From: a virus
Strand: one strand, 5' to 3'
IMG/VR virus record: IMGVR_UViG_3300020469_000009
DNA length: 64,000 nt
Shown: piece by piece, positions 37,188-46,711 of the stretch
How the letters are laid out: each line of letters begins with the position of its first letter
Position numbering within the stretch: position 1 is the stretch's first letter
The notes under the pieces: model-generated
What the model was told of the DNA's origin: nothing
What the model saw: only the letters and a program-made list of their open reading frames with translations
The model's database searches: none
Program-made: the position numbers and the translations under genes

Positions 37188-37568
37188 CTAATTTGACGAC
37201 TTTTTGCCTATAGTATAATTAGCTTTTAATGTCCAAGATGATTTTTCTTTGAAAGGGATTATCTTTACTTTTTGTAAAGATGCTGGTTCTGGGTTTCCTA
37301 CTACTGAACAGAGTTTCCATTCTTCAAGCAACTTAGCAATGCCATTCCTACGAGCAACATCTTCTTGTGTTATCTCACGGTCAAAGCCATCAAGCTTAAA
37401 TAACTCTCTATAGTGGCAGAGATAATACTTTCCTTTTTTATGTAAAATATGACAAGTTTGAACTAGTTTTCTGTCTTTGCTCTCTAGTCCAATCCTAGTC
37501 AAAGTTTCTACAATTTTTAGGAAGTCATCTCGCTCTTTGAGTTGAATTTCTAGTAATTCCTCTAACAT
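37188..37568 (-). CDS. regA: translational repressor RegA
   Basis: DDFLKIVETLTRIG, QTCHILHKKGKY, WTLKANYTIG; GGAG RBS. Confidence 0.93.
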   Translation of the reverse strand: MLEELLEIQLKERDDFLKIVETLTRIGLESKDRKLVQTCHILHKKGKYYLCHYRELFKLDGFDREITQEDVARRNGIAKLLEEWKLCSVVGNPEPASLQKVKIIPFKEKSSWTLKANYTIGKKSSN

Positions 37569-37606
37569 AATCTCCAAAAGTTTAAGTTAGATACGCCTGA
37601 ATCTAT

Positions 37607-38044
37607 TTATTTGATAGGTTTCCTACCACCTTGACCATTAGAGCTTTTGATTACCGTGATTTGTTCTGGAGTTAATACCTTGCAATAGTCTACAGCTGTA
37701 CGTTTTGATACACCAAAATATTCAGCTACTTCATCAACTCCATCTGTCTTAGTCATCTTTTGCCATTTAGCAAAATAACTATTTTTAGGCATTCCATGAA
37801 AGTAAAATGCATATTGTTCTTCTTCAGATACATTATCATATTTGTTCATCTCATTGGCAAAGTGAACTGTGTCACTTCTCATAGAGAATGCTAAATTGAC
37901 TACATATTTTACATAACCATTTAATTCACTAGCCCATTTTTTATTACCAATTGATTTAATATAATCAAAAGGTGATGGCTTTTTAATCTCGTATGTTTCT
38001 TCAGAAACTTCTTTGATTACGTTTCCGAATAAATCTATTTGCAT
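37607..38044 (-). CDS. gp62: clamp loader small subunit gp62
   Basis: SPFDYIKSI, FANEMN, FAKW; upstream of regA. Confidence 0.88.
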   Translation of the reverse strand: MQIDLFGNVIKEVSEETYEIKKPSPFDYIKSIGNKKWASELNGYVKYVVNLAFSMRSDTVHFANEMNKYDNVSEEEQYAFYFHGMPKNSYFAKWQKMTKTDGVDEVAEYFGVSKRTAVDYCKVLTPEQITVIKSSNGQGGRKPIK

Positions 38045-38546
38045 TTGATTTTTTCTTTCTCCAATGTCCTATTAATTCTTTATACTGTCCCATCATAGAC
38101 TTTTCTTGATATTTGCATACAATCCACCATTGACCTGGGAATACCATAAATGCAGGTATATGAAATGCTGATGGTGAATGAAATAAAACATAAGGCATAT
38201 CACCTTTCCACATTAATTTTCTCATCCAGCTTTTAGGCTTGTACCCACTTATCATACCAAAAGACGCGCCATAGTCACCCAGTCCCAATTTAAGGCCTCT
38301 AAACTTTGATATACGTCTATGGCTATTATAATATGTACCTTTTTCCCATGCATAAAAGTAATTACCACGTCTAATAATATAGCATGGGTGTGTTTCGTTA
38401 TAACCAATACGTTTAGCACGAGCTCTAGGATAGTGTGTACTTAGAAAAAAGTATATCCTACTAATTTTGTAAGAGAGGAACAATTCTAACAATTTGTTCC
38501 AGGCATTTTTCAGCCACTTCTCTATGCTCTTTTTGTGTACTTGCAT
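38001..38546 (-). CDS. hypothetical basic/aromatic protein (start uncertain)
   Basis: ORF between thyX and gp62. Confidence 0.6.
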   Translation of the reverse strand: MQVHKKSIEKWLKNAWNKLLELFLSYKISRIYFFLSTHYPRARAKRIGYNETHPCYIIRRGNYFYAWEKGTYYNSHRRISKFRGLKLGLGDYGASFGMISGYKPKSWMRKLMWKGDMPYVLFHSPSAFHIPAFMVFPGQWWIVCKYQEKSMMGQYKELIGHWRKKKSNANRFIRKRNQRSF

Positions 38547-39093
38547 CTTTTCTTAACTCAATGTAATGAATCCAACTTCGTAATGTACCATTTACGTATA
38601 GCGTTGACATAGTGTTTCCTTCTGGTAAAACTGCTCTTGCTTGTTCTTTTGCAATACCTTTATCTAGTGCCCATTGATAAACTAATTTTGCTTCATCAAT
38701 AACACCCTGCTGTTTATGTTCCCAAGCTTTTTGTAAATCCATATCGGCATTATCTATAGAATTTTGTCTGTTCTTATTGTCTTGCATTCTAGCTTCTCTA
38801 AGAGTAAAATCCTGTGCAACCGCATACCTTTGACTAAACTCTTGAAAAGAAAAACTTCTATGTCTTAAAATTTGCCTTGCAATATCTCTTGTTGTCTTAA
38901 TTTCTAAACAAATATTTACCATTTCAAATGGAGACCAATGTTTATTTTTCATAAGATAATTTAGTAGCTTGTTTGCTGTTTCAGAATTATTTTGATTATC
39001 TGGATTTGACACTCTTGCTGTATATGCTACTAACTCTTGAAGATTAGCTTTCTCACCGTTTGTATAACTTATGATGCTAACTGAACTTGACAT
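38461..39093 (-). CDS. thyX: FAD-dependent thymidylate synthase
   Basis: HWSPFEM, RQILRHRSFSFQEFSQRY, EQARAVLP. Confidence 0.95.
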   Translation of the reverse strand: MSSSVSIISYTNGEKANLQELVAYTARVSNPDNQNNSETANKLLNYLMKNKHWSPFEMVNICLEIKTTRDIARQILRHRSFSFQEFSQRYAVAQDFTLREARMQDNKNRQNSIDNADMDLQKAWEHKQQGVIDEAKLVYQWALDKGIAKEQARAVLPEGNTMSTLYVNGTLRSWIHYIELRKDASTQKEHREVAEKCLEQIVRIVPLLQN

Positions 39094-40012
39094 TCTTCAT
39101 AACCTCTACTACAAATGCAGCTAAATTAATTTCTTGGCTAGTCACAAAAGCTGCCCTGTGTTGATATTCACCAATGATTAATATAAGATTAGGTATAGAA
39201 CTTGCTTCTACATACTCATTAATATTACGGTAAAAATCTTCAAATAAACTATCAGGGTCTGGATTATCAGCAATCCATTGACGACATGATTTAAAATCTT
39301 TTTGTTTGATAAATTTAATAAGTGTTTTAACTTTAGTAGTATTTACTAAACTAATAATACCACTATCAATTTCTCCAGATATATTAGAGTATCTTTGTAA
39401 TTCATTTATGATACGACGATTATCTGGAAAATACTGTTTGACAACTTCCAATACTGCTTTTTGATCAGCTTTAATACCTTCCTGATTTAATATTGATAAA
39501 CATTTTTTAGCTACAGCACCAGCAATTGCTGGTAAATCTTTCTTTGTAATACTAAAGTCAATAACACTACACCTTGAATGTAATGGTGGAATAATTTTAT
39601 GTTTGTAATTACAGGTTAATATGAATCTAGCATTACCACTAAATTCTTCAATAAAATTACGAAGAGCTGGTTGCACTGCCAAACCCAGGTAGTCGGCTTC
39701 ATCAATAATCACTACTTTCGGCTTAGTAGTTGTACTAACGGTAGAGACGAATTTTTTTATCTTATCTCTAAGTATGTCTATAGACCTACCTTCATCTGAC
39801 CCGTTGATTATGATGTAATCACAACCTAGCTCTTCGCAAAGGGCCCTAGCTACAGTAGTTTTGCCAGTCCCTGCCGAACCTGATAACAAAAGGTTCATCA
39901 TTTCACCTTTATCTTTTAGTGAGATGAATACCTTTTTCAAATTGTCTGGTAAAATTATATCATCCAAAAGTTTAGGACGATATTTTTCTACCCATAAAAA
40001 ATTATCTTTCAT
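39077..40012 (-). CDS. gp44: clamp loader large subunit gp44
   Basis: LWVEKYRP, GSAGTGKT, IIDEAD, LHSRC. Confidence 0.95.
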   Translation of the reverse strand: MKDNFLWVEKYRPKLLDDIILPDNLKKVFISLKDKGEMMNLLLSGSAGTGKTTVARALCEELGCDYIIINGSDEGRSIDILRDKIKKFVSTVSTTTKPKVVIIDEADYLGLAVQPALRNFIEEFSGNARFILTCNYKHKIIPPLHSRCSVIDFSITKKDLPAIAGAVAKKCLSILNQEGIKADQKAVLEVVKQYFPDNRRIINELQRYSNISGEIDSGIISLVNTTKVKTLIKFIKQKDFKSCRQWIADNPDPDSLFEDFYRNINEYVEASSIPNLILIIGEYQHRAAFVTSQEINLAAFVVEVMKNVKFS

Positions 40013-40245
40013 TTAAGTTCCTTGCTATGTTTTTTAATATATCCAATTGACCTACCTGTAGCTCTTGATGCAGCCGATAAACTATCATATACCTTACCAT
40101 TATACTCTACTGCTATAGAATTTTTTACAGCACCAGGTTTTCCTAATGGTTTAAATCCGTCTTTCCATTTTTTTTCGAGATTAGCAGCCTTGCGTTCCCA
40201 CGTCTTCTTCCAACGTGTCTTCTCGAACTCTTTCGTATTTGTCAA
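40009..40245 (-). CDS. small NUMOD1-like HTH protein
   Basis: YNGKVYDSLSAASRATG. Confidence 0.6.
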   Translation of the reverse strand: MTNTKEFEKTRWKKTWERKAANLEKKWKDGFKPLGKPGAVKNSIAVEYNGKVYDSLSAASRATGRSIGYIKKHSKELK

Positions 40246-40639
40246 CTTGTACTCCGCATTCTTCTAAAAAATCTATGCCATCACATATTCTATATGGTTC
40301 ATCATAGACAACACGAACTACACCCGCCTGATGGATGAGCTTTGCACAATCATAGCAAGGAGATAGTGAGACATAAAGCGTCGATCCCTCTGCACTGGCT
40401 GTAGTTCGCGCGACTTTTGCAATTGCGTTTGATTCCGCATGCAAAACTTCTCTTTTGGTTTTATATGAATCATCTTCACAACAGTTATCCCACCCACGTG
40501 GGGTACCATTATAACCAAAAGCTAGTATGTTGTCATCTTTTACTATGATGGCACCACACTTAAATCTTTTACTGTAAGAATTTTGTCCTACAACATTTGC
40601 TAGTTCCATATACAATTTGTCTTGTCTACTCTGTTTCAT
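40181..40639 (-). CDS. cd: dCMP deaminase
   Basis: GYNG, HAESNAI, SPCYDC. Confidence 0.92.
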   Translation of the reverse strand: MKQSRQDKLYMELANVVGQNSYSKRFKCGAIIVKDDNILAFGYNGTPRGWDNCCEDDSYKTKREVLHAESNAIAKVARTTASAEGSTLYVSLSPCYDCAKLIHQAGVVRVVYDEPYRICDGIDFLEECGVQVDKYERVREDTLEEDVGTQGC

Positions 40640-40916
40640 CTTCTTCTTTTAATAACTCTAATACTTGCACGGGTACTAACATATGAATTTTGTATGTTTC
40701 TTTTTTTGGATCGTTTTTTAATGCTTCTTTATAGAGACTTAATGCACTTAATGCATCATCAACAGTCACTTCTAAAAGTTTCTTATGTAAATCTTTTTGA
40801 GTTTTTAAGAACCTTTCAGCGGCAGCTGTAGCATCTTCAATAGCATCTTCAATAGATACTCTATCTTCTTCTGTGATATCAGACAGCACTGTACTCGCCA
40901 TCAGGTTGAAGGGCAA
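40626..40916 (-). CDS. hypothetical acidic protein
   Basis: ORF packed in operon. Confidence 0.6.
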   Translation of the reverse strand: MPFNLMASTVLSDITEEDRVSIEDAIEDATAAAERFLKTQKDLHKKLLEVTVDDALSALSLYKEALKNDPKKETYKIHMLVPVQVLELLKEEDETE

Positions 40917-41538
40917 TAAAGTAGTCTATACCACCAGCACCTTTAAACAAACATAATCCCTTAGCACATATATCAATACTATAATCATCAAGGACCATCT
41001 TTAATTTATCAACTGAGATTGACAAGTTATACTTTTGACTTTTTAATTCTTGTTGTGTTATTTTAAATTTGTTTGAAGTGGGTATTGTTTTATCATGTAC
41101 AATAATACCTTCCTCAGTAAATGTAATATCTGAAGCATTATTAATAGTAGCTGCTTTTGCTAACCTACCTAAATTTTCTTTAGTGATTTCTTTTTGTACA
41201 TCTACTTCTGGTAGTGTGATACCTTTTTCTGGTGGCCTTGCAATAATATTTTCATCTGCATAATAATATTTTTGTTCACCATTTGCATCTGATATTGTTA
41301 GTGAATCTTCACCAAATTCAAATTCAGCATCTTGATCAAATAGTGATACAACACCCATAAATTCATTTAAGTCATATATTGCAAATCTTACTGGAAATGT
41401 TTCATCAACAGTGACCTTTGCATAAATGTCTTTAATATTAGAAATGGTTTCAATTGTACTACCTTCTTCAATTAAGATGGATTGGTTAATTGAGGCAAAG
41501 TTTTTAAGTATGCCCAGTGTTCTCTTGCTAATTTTCAT
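40879..41538 (-). CDS. gp45: sliding clamp gp45
   Basis: LKNFASINQSI, FAIYDLNEF, YFIAL. Confidence 0.93.
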   Translation of the reverse strand: MKISKRTLGILKNFASINQSILIEEGSTIETISNIKDIYAKVTVDETFPVRFAIYDLNEFMGVVSLFDQDAEFEFGEDSLTISDANGEQKYYYADENIIARPPEKGITLPEVDVQKEITKENLGRLAKAATINNASDITFTEEGIIVHDKTIPTSNKFKITQQELKSQKYNLSISVDKLKMVLDDYSIDICAKGLCLFKGAGGIDYFIALQPDGEYSAV

Positions 41539-41540
41539 TA

Positions 41541-42758
41541 CTATCTCCTTTTATCTGTACGCAATATAACAAAGTTGTTATTAAAACGTCCATTAGGATT
41601 ATACTCCTTAGTGGTTAATTTTTGATATTCTTTATCAAACTGTTTTTCTGTCTTTGATAGTGCTGTTTGCAGGAATTCATCTGCTTTTCTTAACTTTTTA
41701 CCTCTACAACTTGTGACATGCTGAAGTGCTTGACCTTTTACTTCAAAACCTTCTACTCTATCAGAAAAATACTCTACAATTTTTTTATCTTTGCAATTAA
41801 ACAATATTAATCTATGTGCACCGATAATAGTTGTAGGATGTACTGAAACTACTTTATGTTCTGCACAGTCTGGCATATAATTTAGTTTAGCTACTTGTTT
41901 GTCTGCCGCTTTTGGCTTTCTAACTCTACCTGATTTATTTGCTTTTGTAGACATTTTAATTTTGTTTAAATCTTCCATAATCTTATTGAGTTGATTTATA
42001 CGCCATTTGACTTCTTTATTATCTAAATGACTATAACCTTCTATCAATTGTAGATTCCAATCGTCATCTAGCTTTTGTTTTCTAGCAGTCATTAGCTCAA
42101 CATACTCTACAAGCCACTTATTAATTACTTCTTCTACTATACCATTTGCTTTAGAAGTCAGTCCATATTTTTGAAATAGTGTATAAGCATCTATGGTTGA
42201 TCGTTTGCCTTCAATCCAATCATCTTCCATATCATATACATCAGTCATTACAGTGTCCCATACTTTTTCTCTATATAGTTCTATTGGAGACTTACGTTCT
42301 ACTTTAGGCTTATCATCATCTTCTTCTTTAGTATCTTTTTCACCTTCTACTAAAATTAGCTCTAATTTGTTATTGATATATTCTTTTATATCTCTAACTT
42401 TTCCAGATGTACCTGGTAATGTTTCCCAATACTCAGCATATTTCTTATTATAAGAAGGCCAACCTTTTAATACACATTGAATTTCAGCTGACAAAGCTGC
42501 ACCATATCTCCAGTCTTTGACTGCTCTTAGTTGTTTTAATCTTTGAGAAAATTGTGGTGTTTGCTTTGCATATTCTAATGCTATTTTCTTTCCATCTTTT
42601 TTCTGACCTTCTAATCTATAATAGTCAGTAGCATTATTCTTGGCACGGCCAAACTCTTCACCAGTCATTTTTTCTAATTCAATTTGAGTTGGTGGAACAG
42701 GTTCAGCTGTTTTTAACATCACAGCATTACGTTGCTTTTGTTTACGTGTTAGTGGCAT
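41541..42758 (-). CDS. conserved T4-like hypothetical protein
   Basis: EGYSHL, KQVAKLNY, PTTIIGA, KKLRK, NGRFN. Confidence 0.75.
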   Translation of the reverse strand: MPLTRKQKQRNAVMLKTAEPVPPTQIELEKMTGEEFGRAKNNATDYYRLEGQKKDGKKIALEYAKQTPQFSQRLKQLRAVKDWRYGAALSAEIQCVLKGWPSYNKKYAEYWETLPGTSGKVRDIKEYINNKLELILVEGEKDTKEEDDDKPKVERKSPIELYREKVWDTVMTDVYDMEDDWIEGKRSTIDAYTLFQKYGLTSKANGIVEEVINKWLVEYVELMTARKQKLDDDWNLQLIEGYSHLDNKEVKWRINQLNKIMEDLNKIKMSTKANKSGRVRKPKAADKQVAKLNYMPDCAEHKVVSVHPTTIIGAHRLILFNCKDKKIVEYFSDRVEGFEVKGQALQHVTSCRGKKLRKADEFLQTALSKTEKQFDKEYQKLTTKEYNPNGRFNNNFVILRTDKRR

Positions 42759-42809
42759 AAAAATACTCCTTGCAAAAAGTGCTTACAGTATTATTATACT
42801 AAGTTTTGA

Positions 42810-42995
42810 TTATTTCTTCTTGGAGGATTTTTCTTCTTGATGAAATTTGATTAGCCATTTCATATCTGTTTGAATTTCTGTGATGGCTTTTTCAATGTGG
42901 GTAAGGTGATTGGTCTCTATAAGGTAAACCCTCCATGCGAGGAATCCTATAAAGCCCACTAGTGTCGTAATAAAGATTGATTCGTATATACCCAT
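42810..42995 (-). CDS. small membrane protein, TM plus coiled coil (holin/XhlA-like)
   Basis: TM helix followed by IETNHLTHIE...TDMKWL. Confidence 0.55.
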   Translation of the reverse strand: MGIYESIFITTLVGFIGFLAWRVYLIETNHLTHIEKAITEIQTDMKWLIKFHQEEKSSKKK

Positions 42996-43044
42996 CAGTT
43001 TTTCCTAAATTTAAAAGATAATATAATTTATTGTGATATGTTGC

Positions 43045-43087
43045 GGTTGTTTTAAATCCAGTTTACCAACTGTATAGTGTATTTATA
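43045..43087 (-). promoter_or_regulatory. late promoter plus conserved leader motif, copy B
   Basis: TATAAATA-N9-GTTGGTAAA-N8-AAAACAACC. Confidence 0.75.
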
Positions 43088-43089
43088 CT

Positions 43090-43995
43090 TTAGATAATAA
43101 TAATGGATGCTGAATCTCGAAATGATTTTAATGTTTTATATCCAGCAAATTTACAGCTCTTACTAAGTTGTCTTTGCATGTCGATTGCAGTATTTATAAT
43201 TTGCCCATTATACTGTGTATCGTTTTTAAACATTTTACCATCAATAGTTTCTGTACGGCCAAAAGATTCTTCATGGCCATAAAACATTTCAGATATTTCT
43301 ACTCCTGTTGCACCTAGACAGATGGACTTGGAGATGTCAGCAGTGTCAGTATAGTGTCCAGAAGAAAAGATATGTTTACCAGCGTTCCTAGCAATTTCAC
43401 TATTAATGCTAATGCAACTAGCGTGAGGCATAGCAATCCCAGTCTCCATATAATCCTGAGAATCGAACCTAGAATCAAATCCCACCCTGACAACCTCGAC
43501 GCCAACTTCGAAAAGCTTTCTGGTGGCTGTGGGGTCTGCGACTGGTCCTGCGATAATTTTAACATTTTGGTTTTCCTCCTTAAATTTTGCTACCTTGTAG
43601 ATATATTCTACACTGTGCGTATTATTTGTTTTACTTACTAAGTTTACCCACTGAATTTTTCCTGAAGGTAATTTAGATTTAAGTGCTTTCCACTTATTCA
43701 ATTGTTGTTCTGTATCACCTATAGATACAGCTACATTTTTTCGACCTTTAAAGAAAAAGTCATATAATTCATCTATATCATATCTAGTGGATAACATTAC
43801 TCCACAATTAGTATCAGAATCTGATATAGTTTCAGCTATTTCAAAAGTACCTGTTGCTGGATCTGATGATGCCCATATTACAGGTATATCATCAATTTGC
43901 ATTTCAGGATTGTCACTATTTAGAATACTGGAATAGCGTGGCTCAATGACCACGCTATCCAAGTTAACTGGTTTTTGATTATGCAGCTTGTGCAT
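43090..43995 (-). CDS. degenerate GMP reductase/IMPDH-fold protein
   Basis: LDSVVIEP, IIAGPVA, VVRVG, TGIAMP, DISKSICLGA, MFYGHEES; catalytic loop altered. Confidence 0.65.
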   Translation of the reverse strand: MHKLHNQKPVNLDSVVIEPRYSSILNSDNPEMQIDDIPVIWASSDPATGTFEIAETISDSDTNCGVMLSTRYDIDELYDFFFKGRKNVAVSIGDTEQQLNKWKALKSKLPSGKIQWVNLVSKTNNTHSVEYIYKVAKFKEENQNVKIIAGPVADPTATRKLFEVGVEVVRVGFDSRFDSQDYMETGIAMPHASCISINSEIARNAGKHIFSSGHYTDTADISKSICLGATGVEISEMFYGHEESFGRTETIDGKMFKNDTQYNGQIINTAIDMQRQLSKSCKFAGYKTLKSFRDSASIIII

Positions 43996-44917
43996 ATTCA
44001 ACAGCTTTTTTAACAGCGTTAATTTTCTTAACTCTGTTTCCACCAAACCAAGCAGAGTGAACTCTGTTATCTCTAGTGTTAGCCAACTCATGGTCAGTCA
44101 TGTAAGTGACTGCATTAAGAGCTTGCCAGAAAGTACCCTTTTGAAAATTAGCACCCGGTTGAGTGTCAATAACTTCAAGAGCTCTTTGACCATTTCTAGT
44201 CAAGATAACATTATCTTTCTCTGATTTTGATGATTTGCCAAATACATCAGCAAAGTAGTTGTTAAGAGAGTCTTTAGTAAATCTCTTAGTACCTAAGAAC
44301 TCAGCTACTTCTTTGTATTCGTCCATTGACTCTTTAGCTAAACCTAATGTTTGCTGCACAGTTTGAGCATCAAATACTTTCCTGTGGTCTAGTGAAACAC
44401 CAGATTTTCCACCAAGAGCCATTGTCAATGTGTTATTGCATACAACTCTGATAGGTGAGAATCTTACATCAATAGATTTACCATATTGATGTGGATTAGA
44501 AAAAAGTAAATATGATTCAATTTTATCACCATTGAATAATTCAAAGTCATCATCTACTTTAGCCAATGCCCATACCATTTTGCCATCTTGTAAAGAACCA
44601 GCAGTATGCATTTGCATATTACCTTGTTTTACAAAATCAACAAAGAAGTCAAAAGCTTCATCATTTTGTACAGGCTCCCAATTTTGTCCGATAACACTTA
44701 AAACCTTTTGGTCTGTGCTACGTACAAGAGCTTGTTGTGAAGGTATACGAATTTCTTCGTTACCTGATTTTGCTACCATTGGAAGTTTTTCAACACTCCA
44801 ATCTAGCCCCGCAGCTTCTTGCATCTCACGAGGTGTGAGACTATCCGCTACTTTTACTCCAAGACCATGCCAAGGTAATTCCCCCGCATAAGCCATTGTT
44901 TCTACTGCATGTGCCAT
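43979..44917 (-). CDS. DUF932 family phage/plasmid protein
   Basis: MAHAVETMAY..ELPWHGLG, PVQN.EAF.FF, TAGSL..G, PIRVVCNNTL. Confidence 0.88.
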   Translation of the reverse strand: MAHAVETMAYAGELPWHGLGVKVADSLTPREMQEAAGLDWSVEKLPMVAKSGNEEIRIPSQQALVRSTDQKVLSVIGQNWEPVQNDEAFDFFVDFVKQGNMQMHTAGSLQDGKMVWALAKVDDDFELFNGDKIESYLLFSNPHQYGKSIDVRFSPIRVVCNNTLTMALGGKSGVSLDHRKVFDAQTVQQTLGLAKESMDEYKEVAEFLGTKRFTKDSLNNYFADVFGKSSKSEKDNVILTRNGQRALEVIDTQPGANFQKGTFWQALNAVTYMTDHELANTRDNRVHSAWFGGNRVKKINAVKKAVEYAQAA

Positions 44918-45107
44918 AATAATCCTCCTTTTGTTTGCTATGATATTATGATATTAAAGTTATACTCTTGAAGCGTGATTTTTTTATTTTTTTAAAAAAA
45001 ACTTGATTTCTGCATTGTTTTATTATTTTAACAATTAATTTAACCATTCAATTCATAACAATTTCTTTTGCAAAAATAGCAATCTGAAACAGTGCTGCAG
45101 CAATTGT

Positions 45108-45452
45108 TTAGACGCCATGTAAATTAGAAACTGGATTCTGTGAACGCTCAATATCATTTTCATTGCTATTTCCTTCCCATATTTCTACAATCTCAGCAAC
45201 CTCTTTACCAGGATTGAATGGTCTATGCCACCCTTTTACTGGTATCTGAAATGCCTTGAATTTCTTTAACTCTGTGATTGATTTGTATTCATTCTCAATA
45301 GAACACTCACCTTTAATAAGGGTCCAATATTCTGCCCTTCTGAAGTGTCTCTGCATTGATAGTGATTTACCTGGTTGAATTACCAGGAGTTTTACCGAAT
45401 AGTTGTCACCTTCGGCTAATATTTTATAATGTCCCCACTGTCGCTTAATCAT
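45108..45452 (-). CDS. mannose-6-phosphate isomerase type II cupin domain
   Basis: RQWG, PGKSLSMQRHFRRAEYW, WHR..N, ENDIER. Confidence 0.85.
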   Translation of the reverse strand: MIKRQWGHYKILAEGDNYSVKLLVIQPGKSLSMQRHFRRAEYWTLIKGECSIENEYKSITELKKFKAFQIPVKGWHRPFNPGKEVAEIVEIWEGNSNENDIERSQNPVSNLHGV

Positions 45453-45485
45453 GACGGATGGAGTCCCCGAAGGGACTCCTAATAA

Positions 45486-45686
45486 TTAAAACATACCTTC
45501 ATCTTTTAAGATAGTAAAAACACCATAACCTATTGCAGCCATAGCTACAATTTTGGTCAATGGAGATGCGATAAGTATAAGAGTTCCAATACCGATAATT
45601 ACGATACCGTCCCAAGATGTTCTTTCTTTAAGACGTGAAGTCACCCATTCAATACCTTCCATTACTGTTTCTTTAATTGATTCCAT
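45486..45686 (-). CDS. small membrane protein
   Basis: RLKERTSWDG followed by two TM helices; AAGGAG RBS. Confidence 0.75.
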   Translation of the reverse strand: MESIKETVMEGIEWVTSRLKERTSWDGIVIIGIGTLILIASPLTKIVAMAAIGYGVFTILKDEGMF

Positions 45687-45718
45687 GTTAGTTTTCTCCT
45701 TTTGTTATAACAATATAT

Positions 45719-46711
45719 TTATTCTATATTGTTAGCTATTGCAAGAGTTCTTGGATTACCTCTATTAGTAAGTCTAAAAGATAATCTATGTAAAACTCTC
45801 TGTTCTAGTACCTCATCTTTTTCAGGTACTCTTTTGTGTTGAGTAAGTAATTGGTCCATTATAATGACATCTCCTACTTCCCAATCATGTTGATAGATAT
45901 ACTTAGGTTGAAATAAGTATTCTTCTAATTCATCTCTTAATTTATGTCCTGGGTCATCATTTATTTGCATGTGATTATACTTATGCCAATAGATACCTTT
46001 TGTACCACCAGCATTTTCTTGTATTAGCCAAAGCTTAAATGGTTTTTTACCTGCTAATTTAAAGACCATGTGTTGTTCTTTTGACATGACCTTTCCCCAT
46101 TTTTCATAGTCATAAATATACGTAGCATATCTACCTTCTATTTTTTTTCTTAAATTATCTGGCATTTCTTTTAATGCCGGAATAGTATTCATAAATAATG
46201 TAGGTGTATTTTCAGCTCCTTTTATAGCTTGTAATGCGACTCCATCTGCACCGTGTAATTGATTAAGATTACAGTGCCAGTCTAAATAACCTAATTGAAA
46301 AATACCTGTCCATTTATTATTTTTCTTTTCACCAGTGACTCTTTGTACAGGATATTTTTTATGTGCTGGCCAATTAAATGGGTCAGGGTAATCAGAATTT
46401 TCTCTAAAATTATCATCACCCCAGTAATCACCAGGATTAGGATTTGGCATTTGTTTATTCATTAGACCTTCTAAACCTGTTTTTGCTGATGTACCATCTG
46501 CATTCCAAGCCATAAATCTATAATTATCAATGCCCCATATTTTACTAACAATTTTCGAAAAATGTATTGGATTTATATTTTGTTTTGGTATTATCAAAAT
46601 ACCACATGCCTCTACGGCCCTTTTGATTCTGTCATAATCAGGGTCTTTTAAATTAGTGATATCACAATCATCAAAAACTATTTTGTTGTTCTCTAACCCA
46701 TTCATCATCAT
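45719..46711 (-). CDS. TauD/TfdA family dioxygenase-like (H-x-N)
   Basis: LDWHCN, T.F, HDWEVGDVIIMDQ..TQHKR, RVLHR. Confidence 0.8.
   Translation of the reverse strand: MMMNGLENNKIVFDDCDITNLKDPDYDRIKRAVEACGILIIPKQNINPIHFSKIVSKIWGIDNYRFMAWNADGTSAKTGLEGLMNKQMPNPNPGDYWGDDNFRENSDYPDPFNWPAHKKYPVQRVTGEKKNNKWTGIFQLGYLDWHCNLNQLHGADGVALQAIKGAENTPTLFMNTIPALKEMPDNLRKKIEGRYATYIYDYEKWGKVMSKEQHMVFKLAGKKPFKLWLIQENAGGTKGIYWHKYNHMQINDDPGHKLRDELEEYLFQPKYIYQHDWEVGDVIIMDQLLTQHKRVPEKDEVLEQRVLHRLSFRLTNRGNPRTLAIANNIE

Noticed and set aside
38461-40639. DNA base hypermodification pathway
   Set aside because: thyX and dCMP deaminase look canonical, and no dCMP hydroxymethylase or 7-deazaguanine genes are in the window. 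Oxygenase action on DNA cannot be excluded.
45460-45479. GGAGTCCC-TTCG-GGGACTCC as an intrinsic terminator
   Set aside because: Strong hairpin but no U-tract, and it sits 7 nt before the next ATG; role unclear.
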